From: Planctomycetia bacterium
Lineage (GTDB): Bacteria; Planctomycetota; Planctomycetia; Pirellulales; UBA1268
DNA length: 43,985 nucleotides
Assembly (NCBI GenBank): GCA_009922585.1
Contig: RFVE01000002.1
Span: forward strand, 1-43,985
Direction of reading: 5' to 3'
The position numbers and the translations under genes were made by a program. Shown piece by piece: positions 8,306-16,849 of the stretch. Below the pieces are notes generated by a model, which saw nothing but the letters and a program-made list of their open reading frames with translations, did not search any database and was not told the origin of the DNA. Position 1 is the stretch's first letter; the number at the start of each line of letters is the position of its first letter.

Positions 8306-9361
8306 TCAATAAACCGAAGGGGGCGACCGACCCCCTGACGGAACGGCCTTCTTTATCCTGAGGGCTGGCGGCCCGCTGCGATCCTGCTGCCATTCCCAGC
8401 TTTGAGTACCACCGCAGCACCACCGTGGGTCCTCGATTTCGACCCAGGTTCCAGGACGCCCCACCTTCAGAAACAAAGCCTTGAACAGCCGCGGGGCGGG
8501 CGGCAATGGGACGTTCCATCTTTTGTCGAGTCCGCCCACCTCAGTCCGGTCGAATGGCGTGCAGATAAATGCTCGGGGAGTGTTGTACGCGTAGACACAG
8601 CCGGCTAGATAGGGATCAACGATTCCAACGTAGTAGCCCATCGGCATCACCAAGAGCCCCACAGCCCAGGCCTTCACCCAGTTCGGCGACTCTTGCCAGC
8701 ATTCGCCCATGGCCCAGCCTCCCCAGGGCAGCACAATTGCGAGGCTCGCGGCCGCCAACGCGAGATTCCAAGGCCAAACAGCAGAGTTCCAACTGAGGCC
8801 GATCGGCGAAAGCAGCACCAGGGCTGCCAAGTGAAGCAGCACTCCCCCAAATGCAACAAGCCTTCTCGTCGCGGGCACGAGACAGCCAATGCCCAAGGCG
8901 ATCTCCCCGAGTGCCAGACTGGCGGCCACCGCAACACCGGCAGCCGAATCCCATTCGGGACCAAGTAGCCAGGGGACAAAGAACTGGTAGTAGGCCGGAC
9001 TGATGAGCTTGTGGATGCCGGCAAAGAGCCAGAGAGATACCAGTGAAGCCCGTGCCGCAAGCACACCCGGCTGCCAATTGATGGTCGCCAGCGACAGCAT
9101 CAGCATCGACAGCACTTGCGGCTGGATGCGGGTCTGGTCAAGCAGCATTGCCAGGGTAAAGCCAATCCAGCAGGTTGCCAGCCCCAGCCGTGGCAACACT
9201 GCGAGCAGTCCACATGCAGCCAGCAGCGGCCAGCCAAGATTGCACTGCCAGAAGTCCGCGACAGGCAGCAGTGGCGGAAAATCACGGGCCTGCCAGAGCG
9301 GCCAGGTCGAGAGCACGGTTAGTGCTAGGCAGGCTGCCAAGAGGATCCGGAAACGATTCAC
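8306..9361 (-). CDS. Polytopic integral membrane protein (tentatively DoxX/MauE-like) with a soluble C-terminal region
   Basis: 351-aa ORF with many hydrophobic helices (LLAACLALTVLSTW, LLAACGLLAVL, CWIGFTLAMLL, LVSLWLFAGIHKL, VAVAASLALGEIALGIGCLV, FGGVLLHLAALVLL, LALAAASLAIVL, AWAVGLLVMPMGYYV). The family assignment is from general resemblance only. Confidence 0.7.
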   Translation of the reverse strand: MNRFRILLAACLALTVLSTWPLWQARDFPPLLPVADFWQCNLGWPLLAACGLLAVLPRLGLATCWIGFTLAMLLDQTRIQPQVLSMLMLSLATINWQPGVLAARASLVSLWLFAGIHKLISPAYYQFFVPWLLGPEWDSAAGVAVAASLALGEIALGIGCLVPATRRLVAFGGVLLHLAALVLLSPIGLSWNSAVWPWNLALAAASLAIVLPWGGWAMGECWQESPNWVKAWAVGLLVMPMGYYVGIVDPYLAGCVYAYNTPRAFICTPFDRTEVGGLDKRWNVPLPPAPRLFKALFLKVGRPGTWVEIEDPRWCCGGTQSWEWQQDRSGPPALRIKKAVPSGGRSPPSVY

Positions 9362-9460
9362 GAAAACCCTCTCATGATTTTCCTGAAAAAATTTTGATCG
9401 TTGACCGTCTGGCCCCTATCCTTTGGCCAGTTGGAAACTCTCACCCCCAGAGGTTTTGTG

Positions 9461-9670
9461 ATGTCGGAGCAGCAACCACTCTCTTGGCCCGATCTTGCTA
9501 TCGGGCTCTACGACCGGCTCACTGGTCGTCAGGCCGAAATCGCCTACGAGTTCGAAGACCTGCATATCAAAATCCCGAGCGATACCGGTCCCAATGCTCA
9601 ACATGCTGAATGGGTTTTGAAGGGCACTCTGAAAATCCGAACGAGAGATGCCGGTGACTCCCCAAACTGA
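9461..9670 (+). CDS. Small acidic hypothetical protein (69 aa)
   Basis: The ATG at 9461 is preceded by AGAGG about 7 nt upstream (the track ORF starts at a TTG at 9401). Sequence: MSEQQPLSWPDLAIGLYDRLTGRQAEIAYEFEDLHIKIPSD.... I recognise no family. Confidence 0.5.
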   Translation: MSEQQPLSWPDLAIGLYDRLTGRQAEIAYEFEDLHIKIPSDTGPNAQHAEWVLKGTLKIRTRDAGDSPN

Positions 9671-9672
9671 TC

Positions 9673-9930
9673 ATGGCCGGTAGGCTCACGGGATCTCTCG
9701 ATGGCCTGCCGGTCGAAATTAGTGCCGACGCGAATAGTGGTCTGATACTCAGGCTCGAGCATTTTCAGTCGGTCAAATCACTCCTCCGATGTCGTCGGCA
9801 GTTTAAGCCGATCCTTCGATTATTTTCATCCACCAGCGTACCGGCTGGCGTTGAATTTCCTGGATCGTTCCGCATCCGACTATCGCCTCAACCGCACTGG
9901 CTGTTGAGATTGCTGCTTGGCGGATCGTAG
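9673..9930 (+). CDS. Small basic hypothetical protein (85 aa)
   Basis: Its ATG lies 2 nt after the stop of the preceding small ORF, suggesting a coupled pair. No motif recognised. Confidence 0.4.
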   Translation: MAGRLTGSLDGLPVEISADANSGLILRLEHFQSVKSLLRCRRQFKPILRLFSSTSVPAGVEFPGSFRIRLSPQPHWLLRLLLGGS

Positions 9931-10083
9931 TTCGGGAGGAACGACGCTGATTGCCGCACGGCGTAACCTCGGCTTTGACTGTCTACGTGGGCATTGCTGA
10001 ATCGTCCGCCGGCTTCGGGGCGGCTTGCCGAACAACTGCCATGCTCGAGGAGTTGCTTTTGCTCGACGTTCCGCCGGAATTGA

Positions 10084-10452
10084 ATGATGCACGTTGCAGA
10101 CTGGCACCTTGCCCGCTCGGGAAACTTTCAGTTAATTGGATCGGCACGGCTAATCACCGGTGAATCTTTTCGATTCCTCCCGCTATTTTGCAGCCATGAC
10201 GAGGCTCAACAGTACTGCCGGCAATCGGGCCTTTGGCATCAAGGTATTCGTCCCCGCCACAACTATTTTGTTTCGGGCGGTGCGGAACAAGAGATGACTG
10301 GCTTTGAGGAACTCGTGACGCAAGCGGTCCATGCGGGAGCCGTTGCGGTCGGGGTATTTATCGGGTTCAACGATAGCCACGAGAGTTGCTGGGAATATTT
10401 CCGTGCTTCGAATGCGACTGAATTGCTTCCAGAAAGTGAACGACCGGTTTGA
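10084..10452 (+). CDS. Hypothetical protein (122 aa), weakly SseB-like text
   Basis: ORF with FRFLPLFCSHDEAQQYCRQSG and a later GAVAVGVFIGFND segment. The strand call is uncertain. A minus-strand ORF (10183..10623) shares the region and has similar or slightly higher GC3, but its 5' end runs into the tRNA. Confidence 0.35.
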   Translation: MMHVADWHLARSGNFQLIGSARLITGESFRFLPLFCSHDEAQQYCRQSGLWHQGIRPRHNYFVSGGAEQEMTGFEELVTQAVHAGAVAVGVFIGFNDSHESCWEYFRASNATELLPESERPV

Positions 10453-10597
10453 GCAAATAATGGCGAAGAAACGCCACACCATTGGAGCTGCTGAGCCAAG
10501 GCCGGCAGAGAATTTGCGACCAAAAGACCTCATGCTTGTGGCAGCCAGTTGCAAGCGGCTTTCTCCGCTCAGATCGGCTATACTTTGCTCCGACGAT

Positions 10598-10668
10598 TGC
10601 CCGGTGGTGTAACGGTAGCACAAGGGATTTTGGTTCCCTTTGTCTAGGTTCGAATCCTAGCCGGGTAG
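10598..10668 (+). tRNA. tRNA-Gln (anticodon UUG)
   Basis: Hand-folded cloverleaf. Acceptor stem TGCCCGG/CCGGGTA with the U1:A72 pair typical of bacterial tRNA-Gln. D stem GTGT/GCAC with loop AACGGTA. Anticodon stem AGGGA/TCCCT with loop TTTTGGT, giving anticodon TTG. T stem CTAGG/CCTAG with loop TTCGAAT. Discriminator G. CCA is not encoded. Confidence 0.9.
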
Positions 10669-10710
10669 CTTGACCATCGGAGCCTGATTGAACGAGGCCG
10701 CTGGGGCACC

Positions 10711-11265
10711 TCAGCGCCCCTCTTCGTCGATCACATCACCCACCTCCACTGGCTCGGGCTGGTCATCGAAAGACCTCGACTCGCTGGTTGCATTCTGGCT
10801 TGCGAGAGCCTCCCGGCCTGGACGCTTTTTCTGCCGCTGGCGGCGCCGGTCGAGGCTACCCGGCCCCGCCCCGTTGGCAATGATGAACAGCATCGTGCCG
10901 GCGAGCGACAGATTTTTGAGAAACTGAATCAGTTCAAGCGGCTGTTTTTCTGGCTCAACATTCCAAAAATCATGGAAGTAGTAGGTGGCCGCTCCCAGGA
11001 AGACCAGCAGCATGAAGCCGCCAATACGAGCCCTGTACCCTGCCGCCACCGACAGGCCGCCGAGCAGGAGAAAGGCAATCGCCCCCGTCAGCAGGATTTT
11101 GTGCAACGGAATTCCCAGCACCGGCATCTGCGGCACGCCTTCGGCCGCCATGTACCCAGCAACTTCGTTGAACTTCCAGATTTTGTTACCGGCAGCGCTG
11201 ACCAGAAAGATGGTCGCGATCATCACCCGCCCCAGGCAGGCAAGTATTCCCTGTAGCAATCCCAT
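10711..11265 (-). CDS. DoxX-family membrane protein with a charged C-terminal tail
   Basis: MGLLQGILACLGRVMIATIFLVSAAGNKIWKF...GYMAAEGVP...LLTGAIAFLLLGGLSVAAGYRARIGGFMLLVFL...FLKNLSLAGTMLFI has the 4-TM DoxX-like layout. The ATG at 11265 is preceded by GGAGG with a 7-nt spacer. The track ORF extends to 11307. Confidence 0.75.
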   Translation of the reverse strand: MGLLQGILACLGRVMIATIFLVSAAGNKIWKFNEVAGYMAAEGVPQMPVLGIPLHKILLTGAIAFLLLGGLSVAAGYRARIGGFMLLVFLGAATYYFHDFWNVEPEKQPLELIQFLKNLSLAGTMLFIIANGAGPGSLDRRRQRQKKRPGREALASQNATSESRSFDDQPEPVEVGDVIDEEGR

Positions 11266-11351
11266 GACGGAACCTCCGGTCAGTACAGCTGAAGTCGGTC
11301 GGACCACAGGGCACGGATAGGGGCTCGAACGACTTCGTGATCGTATCAGAA

Positions 11352-12395
11352 TCAGGTTACCGGCCCGCCGGCTGGTGGAGCCGAGCGGCCGTGGTCGGTC
11401 GCCAGTCGATCAATGAACCGCTGCAAGTCGGCAGGCAAAGGAGCCGTATAGTGCAGCTGTTTTCCCGACACTGGATGGATGAAACCGAGTTCTGCGGCAT
11501 GCAGGGCGACCCTGGGTGCCCGGGAACGATCCACGACATCGCTGCCCGGCGGCGCAGAATAGACCCGCTCACCACAGATCGGGTGGCCACTTTCCGCCAG
11601 ATGGATGCGGATCTGATGGGTCCGACCCGTCTCCAGCCGACACTCGACCAGCGTATAGGCATCGCCGAAATGCTCAACAGGCCGGACGTGGGTTACCGCC
11701 CGCTTCCCCTCGCCGCCGCCACTGGACCCCCGCCGGCCATCGCCCCGATCCCGAACCAGGTGGGTGATGATGGTGCCCGTACCGACACGGCCAACAGCGA
11801 CAGCGAGATAACGCCGCTGGGTTGCGTGCTGCCGGAACTGCTCGGCCAGAATCCGGCTGGCCGGCACGGTGCGGGCGAAGACAAGCAGTCCGCTGGTCTC
11901 GCGGTCGATACGATGCACGGCACGGACAGGAGTCCGCCTGACTTTGGGCGGGGGACCGGCCGGCCGCTTGGCTCGGCGGCGGCTGGCCTGCCCCATCTGA
12001 AACCGGCCAATTACCGCAGGCAGCAGTTCATCGAGGGTCGGCTGGACCTGTCGCCGTCGTGCCGGCCAGCCTGCCTCCTCATGGTGGCGGGTGGTGGTGA
12101 TCCCCGGGGGCTTGTCGACCACCACGACAGCATCATCAAGGTAAACTATTCGGACATCCCGTGGACCGGGCGGGGATGCTGCCGCCACATTGAGCAGTTT
12201 GACAACATCGCCGGCTTGGAGTCGTCGGGCAGCATCGGTGCAGAGATTGCCGTGGATGGTCACCCGTCGCCCGCGGACCAACTTCTCGGATGCTGCCCAG
12301 CTTTCACCCGACTGCTCGCGAAGAAAGGCTGCCAGGGTGCAGCCCGACGCCGACTCCGACACATGAAAAAGCTGTCCGTCACTGCGGCGTGCCAT
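11352..12395 (-). CDS. rluD: RluA-family 23S rRNA pseudouridine synthase (RluD-like, with S4 domain)
   Basis: S4-like N-terminus (LAAFLREQ...VTIHGNLCTDAARRLQAGDVV), VVVDKPPGITT, the catalytic HRIDRETSGLLVFART, and THQIRIHLAESGHPICGE. Confidence 0.9.
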   Translation of the reverse strand: MARRSDGQLFHVSESASGCTLAAFLREQSGESWAASEKLVRGRRVTIHGNLCTDAARRLQAGDVVKLLNVAAASPPGPRDVRIVYLDDAVVVVDKPPGITTTRHHEEAGWPARRRQVQPTLDELLPAVIGRFQMGQASRRRAKRPAGPPPKVRRTPVRAVHRIDRETSGLLVFARTVPASRILAEQFRQHATQRRYLAVAVGRVGTGTIITHLVRDRGDGRRGSSGGGEGKRAVTHVRPVEHFGDAYTLVECRLETGRTHQIRIHLAESGHPICGERVYSAPPGSDVVDRSRAPRVALHAAELGFIHPVSGKQLHYTAPLPADLQRFIDRLATDHGRSAPPAGGPVT

Positions 12396-12575
12396 CGGTG
12401 CATACCCTTAAAATCTCGGACGCTCGGCGACAGCCGAACTGAACGGCCCGCCAGTGAAAGATGGTAGCGAAACAGCCGGATGGCTCCAGCACGGTGGTCA
12501 GGCGGCACGCTTGACCCTCTCATTCCCGGTTTTAGACTCAAACTTGGTCTGCGGAGCGGTAACCGCAGCTTTTGA

Positions 12576-13952
12576 GTGTTTCCCGAGCCGAGAGGGGCAA
12601 GCGTGCCCGGAACCTGCGTCATCGGTTTGCAGTGGGGTGACGAAGCCAAAGGCAAGCTCGTCGACATCCTGACCGAGCACCACGAGATCGTGGTGAGGTA
12701 TCAGGGGGGGGCGAACGCGGGGCACACCGTTGTCTCGGGCGGTGAAACCTGGAAACTCTCGCTGATCCCCAGCGGTATTCTTCGCAATGACGTCAGCTGT
12801 GTCGTCACCGGCGGCGTCGTGCTTGATCCTGCCAGCATCATTGGTGAGATCGACATGCTCGAGGGTCGCGGAGTGACGGTCGCCGGCAAGCTCCGGCTGA
12901 GCGATCGTGCCCATGTGGTCTTTCCCTGGCATGTGGCCGAGGATGCCATCCTGAACGGCAACGTGACCGGCGGCGAAGCGATCGGGACCACCGGCCGTGG
13001 CATCGGCCCCTGCTACCGCGACAAGGTCGGGCGATCGCTCGCCCTCCGGCTTGGCGACCTCTATCGTCCCGAGTTCCGCCAACAGTTCGACCATGTGCTG
13101 AAAGCCAAACGACAATTGCTTGAAGCGGCTCGGTCTGCCGGCGCCTCGCCGATCGAGCTTGACGGTGAGGCTATCTTTAGACAGTACAGCAACTACGCCG
13201 ACCGGCTCCGCGACTGTGTGGGCGACACCACGCACCTGTTGCTCGATGCCGTCGAGGCTGGCAGGCCGGTGCTCTTTGAAGGGGCACAAGGCGCACTGCT
13301 CGACATTGATCACGGCACCTTTCCATATGTCACCAGCAGCAATTCCTCCGGGGTCGGTGTCGCCAGTGGCTCGGGAGTGCCGGGCCGGTGGATCAACCGG
13401 GTGATCGGTGTGGTGAAGGCCTACTCAACCCGCGTTGGTGGTGGACCTTTGCCGACTGAGCAGGACAACCCCACGGGAGAACACCTGCGGCAGCGGGGCC
13501 GGGAGTATGGCACCGTCACCCAGCGGCCACGCCGGTGTGGCTGGTTCGATGCGGTTGCCGCTCGCTACACCGCTCGCCTGTCAGGCGTCGACGAATTGGC
13601 CGTCATGCTGCTCGACGTACTCGGGGGGCTCGACGAACTACGGATCTGTACAGCGTATGAAATCGCGGGCAGACGGGTCGAGCAGTTTCCGAGCCACATC
13701 GATGACCTACGGCAGGCGGTTCCAATCTACGAGACACTTCCCGGCTGGCCGGAGGAACTGACCGATGTTCGCCGCGAGGCCGATCTACCGGTCGCCGCCC
13801 GCCGTTACGTTGACCGCATCGGCGAACTGCTTGGCCGTCCGGTCACAATCATCTCAGTCGGCCCCGACCGCGATCAGACGATTTTCAGGAACACGGCACC
13901 AGCGACGGCAGCATGTCCTCCAACCAATCAGCAGGAACAGGCGACGGTGTGA
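12576..13952 (+). CDS. purA: Adenylosuccinate synthetase
   Basis: GLQWGDEAKGKLVD, YQGGANAGHTV, GTTGRGIGPCYRDK, FEGAQGALLDIDHGTFPYVTSS, YGTVTQRPRRCGWFD. A GTG at 12603 is an alternative start closer to the usual PurA N-terminus. Confidence 0.95.
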   Translation: MFPEPRGASVPGTCVIGLQWGDEAKGKLVDILTEHHEIVVRYQGGANAGHTVVSGGETWKLSLIPSGILRNDVSCVVTGGVVLDPASIIGEIDMLEGRGVTVAGKLRLSDRAHVVFPWHVAEDAILNGNVTGGEAIGTTGRGIGPCYRDKVGRSLALRLGDLYRPEFRQQFDHVLKAKRQLLEAARSAGASPIELDGEAIFRQYSNYADRLRDCVGDTTHLLLDAVEAGRPVLFEGAQGALLDIDHGTFPYVTSSNSSGVGVASGSGVPGRWINRVIGVVKAYSTRVGGGPLPTEQDNPTGEHLRQRGREYGTVTQRPRRCGWFDAVAARYTARLSGVDELAVMLLDVLGGLDELRICTAYEIAGRRVEQFPSHIDDLRQAVPIYETLPGWPEELTDVRREADLPVAARRYVDRIGELLGRPVTIISVGPDRDQTIFRNTAPATAACPPTNQQEQATV

Positions 13953-14719
13953 TTGACTCCGCCATCGCCACCACGGCTGAGCGGCCCGGCCGTATCCCGG
14001 CTGAATCACAAGCCGGGTTCCCGCGGCACATCGCCATCATCATGGACGGCAACGGTCGCTGGGCGCAGCGACGAAATCTGCCGCGGATTGAGGGGCATCG
14101 CCAGGGTGTGGCCAGCGTCCGCCGGGTCACCGAACACGCTGCCCGATTGGGTGTCGAACAACTCACACTCTACTGCCTGTCGAGTGAAAACTGGCGACGA
14201 CCCGAGGCAGAACTTCAGTTTCTGATGCTTCTGCTTGAGCAGTACATGATTGAGGAACGGACGCTCCTGCTGCGGGAAGGGATCCGGCCGGTGATGATCG
14301 GCAGCCGGGAAGGCCTGCCGCCAGCCACACTGACCGCCATCGACGAGACCATTTCGCTCTGCGCTAAGAACACCGGCATGCGGCTTTGTCTCGCCGTGAA
14401 CTACGGTGGCCGCGGTGAAATTGTCACCGCCGCTCAGGCTCTTGCCCGGCAGGTGGCGGCCGGACAACTGAGCCCTGAAGCGATCGATGAAAAGTCATTC
14501 GCCGCACAGCTTGAGACTGCCGGGATGCCCGACCCTGACCTGCTGATCCGGACTGCCGGGGAGATGAGAATCAGTAATTTTCTCCTCTGGCAGGTCAGCT
14601 ACGCTGAACTCTGGGTGACCAGCCAAACCTGGCCGGAGTTCGGCGCGGCTGAACTCGATCAGGCAATCAATGCTTTCTGCACAAGGGAACGCCGCTTTGG
14701 AGGGCTGACACAACCATGA
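13913..14719 (+). CDS. uppS: Isoprenyl transferase / undecaprenyl diphosphate synthase
   Basis: HIAIIMDGNGRWAQRRNLPRIEGHRQG, LYCLSSENWRRP, NYGGRGEI, RISNFLLWQVSYAELW. The alternative start GTG at 13949 gives a GTGA overlap with the purA stop. Confidence 0.95.
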   Translation: MSSNQSAGTGDGVIDSAIATTAERPGRIPAESQAGFPRHIAIIMDGNGRWAQRRNLPRIEGHRQGVASVRRVTEHAARLGVEQLTLYCLSSENWRRPEAELQFLMLLLEQYMIEERTLLLREGIRPVMIGSREGLPPATLTAIDETISLCAKNTGMRLCLAVNYGGRGEIVTAAQALARQVAAGQLSPEAIDEKSFAAQLETAGMPDPDLLIRTAGEMRISNFLLWQVSYAELWVTSQTWPEFGAAELDQAINAFCTRERRFGGLTQP

Positions 14720-15669
14720 GCAGCAGCCAACCCAAGCCCTTCGCGAAACTTGCCTCCCGGGCGGTCGTATCGGTCTGCTTAATTACCGCCTTTGCCGGGC
14801 TGGCTTGGGCTGATGCCACTGGGTTTCTCGGTGGGCTGCCAGCGTGGTGGCTGCTGCCCATTCTCATCATCCTGGCCATTGGTGGAGTGGATGAACTGGT
14901 GGCTCTCTTTGCGGGCCGTGGCCTCAAGCTGCCGGGTGGTCTGTTGCGGGCCGGAGTGGTCGCCACGTTTGTGGCGGTTGCCCTTGGGACCCAGGCCTTC
15001 GTGGCCGCTTCTGATCAGACCGCACCGGTGGCAGCTCTCAGTTGGGCGGCCCTTGCTGCCACTGCTGCGGTTGGCCTGTTGTTCGCCAAAGAAATTGTGG
15101 CAGGCCGCTCCACGGGCCGTTCCCTCGACCGACTTGCTGCGGGAGTATTGGTGCTGACGTACCTGGGCTTACCAATGGCCTTCATGGTGGGCCTCAGGCT
15201 GGTCTGTGTCGAGAACCTTGGCCCTGAGCAGACGGGGCCTGGCCATCTGGGCATTCTGCCGTTACTGAGTCTGATTGCTGTCGTCAAACTTGGAGACGTT
15301 TTCGCCTATCTGGTTGGCGCATCGGTCGGCCGCTCACCAATGGCCCCCCGGCTCAGCCCCGGGAAGACCTGGGAGGGGGCTGCTGGTTCAGTCATCGGTT
15401 CACTGCTGGGGGCCTGGCTCATCCTGGAACAGCCGTTTCTTGGTAGCTCCCTGCCGCTTCAGCCACTGGGAGGCTGGCTTAGCTACGGCCTGCTCGTCGG
15501 CATCGCCGGCATGGCCGGTGACTTGGCCGAGTCACTCATCAAGCGGGAACTTGGCGCGAAAGACTCTGGCCAGATGCTGGGCGGCCTTGGCGGGGTGCTT
15601 GATCTGATCGACTCTCTGCTCTTCGCTGCCCCGGTCGCCTGGCTGCTTTGGGTAAATGCCGGGCCGTAA
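14716..15669 (+). CDS. cdsA: Phosphatidate cytidylyltransferase
   Basis: Multi-TM protein with SPGKTWEGAAGSVIGSLL and GDLAESLIKRELGAKDSG. There is an ATGA start/stop overlap with uppS. Confidence 0.9.
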   Translation: MSSSQPKPFAKLASRAVVSVCLITAFAGLAWADATGFLGGLPAWWLLPILIILAIGGVDELVALFAGRGLKLPGGLLRAGVVATFVAVALGTQAFVAASDQTAPVAALSWAALAATAAVGLLFAKEIVAGRSTGRSLDRLAAGVLVLTYLGLPMAFMVGLRLVCVENLGPEQTGPGHLGILPLLSLIAVVKLGDVFAYLVGASVGRSPMAPRLSPGKTWEGAAGSVIGSLLGAWLILEQPFLGSSLPLQPLGGWLSYGLLVGIAGMAGDLAESLIKRELGAKDSGQMLGGLGGVLDLIDSLLFAAPVAWLLWVNAGP

Positions 15670-15871
15670 GGCATTGCGACTGTCCAAGACTGCCGATTCT
15701 GCCGTTTTTTCGGCCTATTTATCGACCGTAGCCGAAAGTGCTGGGATCACTTCCTCTCCCACGGTACGATTATTGTCAGAGGTGGACTTACCAGTCGCTT
15801 CGACAGCCCGCCGCGCGGTGGGCGTCCCGCAGCCTCGAGACCGTCAGCCGCCAGACTTTTGACGGGCTCTC

Positions 15872-16801
15872 ATGTCCCGCACGACGATCGCAGTGGTCGA
15901 TTCGAAACGCCTCTTGGCGGTTTTCGGCCCCCGCGACCAGCATCTCCGTAGGATCCGATCGGCACTCGGTGTCGGGGTCGCGGCCCGCGATGACGCCATC
16001 CAGATCGAGGGCGATGAGGCTGCCGTGCAGCGGGCCGCCGAGGTATTCGAGGGACTCGATCAGGTCGCTCGCCGCAGCGGCGTAGTCACCGAAGCGGATG
16101 TCGATCGCTTGCTGAATGCTGGCACCCCGGGAGGCGGGACGGCGGCAGCTGAACCGATTGAGGTTCAACGTCCGGGTGGGCATGTCATCCCCCGGTCCAC
16201 CGGTCAGGCAGCCTATGTTCGGGCCATCCGCGACCACGACGTTGTGTTTTGCGAAGGGCCGGCCGGCTGTGGCAAGACCTTTCTGGCAGTGGCGATGGCG
16301 GTCTCTGCACTGCGCAGTGAACAGGTGACAAAAATTGTGCTGGTGAGGCCAGCGGTTGAGGCCGGCGAAAGCCTCGGTTTTCTGCCGGGTGACCTCCAGG
16401 CCAAGATCAATCCCTATCTGCGTCCGCTGCTCGATGCTCTCCGCGAAATGATGGACTTTGACCTGCTCAAAAAACTGACTGAGCAGGATGTCATCGAAAT
16501 GATTCCACTGGCCTACATGCGGGGCCGTACCCTCAACAACGCCTTCATCATTCTTGACGAGGCCCAGAACACCACCGCCGCGCAGATGAAGATGTTTCTG
16601 ACAAGACTCGGAGTCGGCTCAAAGATGGTGATCTCTGGCGACACCACCCAGATCGACCTTCCTCCCAATCGCCGCAGTGGCCTGATCGATGCCATGCATC
16701 GACTTGAGGGTGTCACCGGATGCCGCAAGATTAGCTTGGGAGGTGCCGACATCGTTCGCCATCCGCTGGTGCAACGCATCGTTGAGGCCTACGAGGAATG
16801 A
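15872..16801 (+). CDS. PhoH-family ATPase (YbeZ-like)
   Basis: Walker A GPAGCGKTFLAVA, Walker B FIILDEAQN, GFLPGDLQAKINPYLRPLLDAL, VISGDTTQIDLP. Confidence 0.9.
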   Translation: MSRTTIAVVDSKRLLAVFGPRDQHLRRIRSALGVGVAARDDAIQIEGDEAAVQRAAEVFEGLDQVARRSGVVTEADVDRLLNAGTPGGGTAAAEPIEVQRPGGHVIPRSTGQAAYVRAIRDHDVVFCEGPAGCGKTFLAVAMAVSALRSEQVTKIVLVRPAVEAGESLGFLPGDLQAKINPYLRPLLDALREMMDFDLLKKLTEQDVIEMIPLAYMRGRTLNNAFIILDEAQNTTAAQMKMFLTRLGVGSKMVISGDTTQIDLPPNRRSGLIDAMHRLEGVTGCRKISLGGADIVRHPLVQRIVEAYEE

Positions 16802-16849
16802 TTTCGTCCCGCTTCGCATGGAAACCGGCCCTGCGCCGAGCTTGACGCG

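Noticed and set aside
10598-11307. Integrated element or genomic island at tRNA-Gln
   Set aside because: There is no integrase, no phage or plasmid genes, and I noticed no direct repeat of the tRNA 3' half. The genes downstream (DoxX, rluD-like, purA) are ordinary chromosomal genes.
11337-13313. Long ORFs antisense to rluD (11337..12467 +) and to purA (12498..13313 -)
   Set aside because: These are shadow ORFs typical of high-GC DNA. Their translations are Arg/Pro/Gly-rich with no motifs, while the opposite strands carry unmistakable RluD and PurA signatures. The same reasoning applies to 1878..2603(-), 6224..7099(+), 26552..27109(-), 32155..33420(+), 39570..40391(+) and 40142..40690(+).
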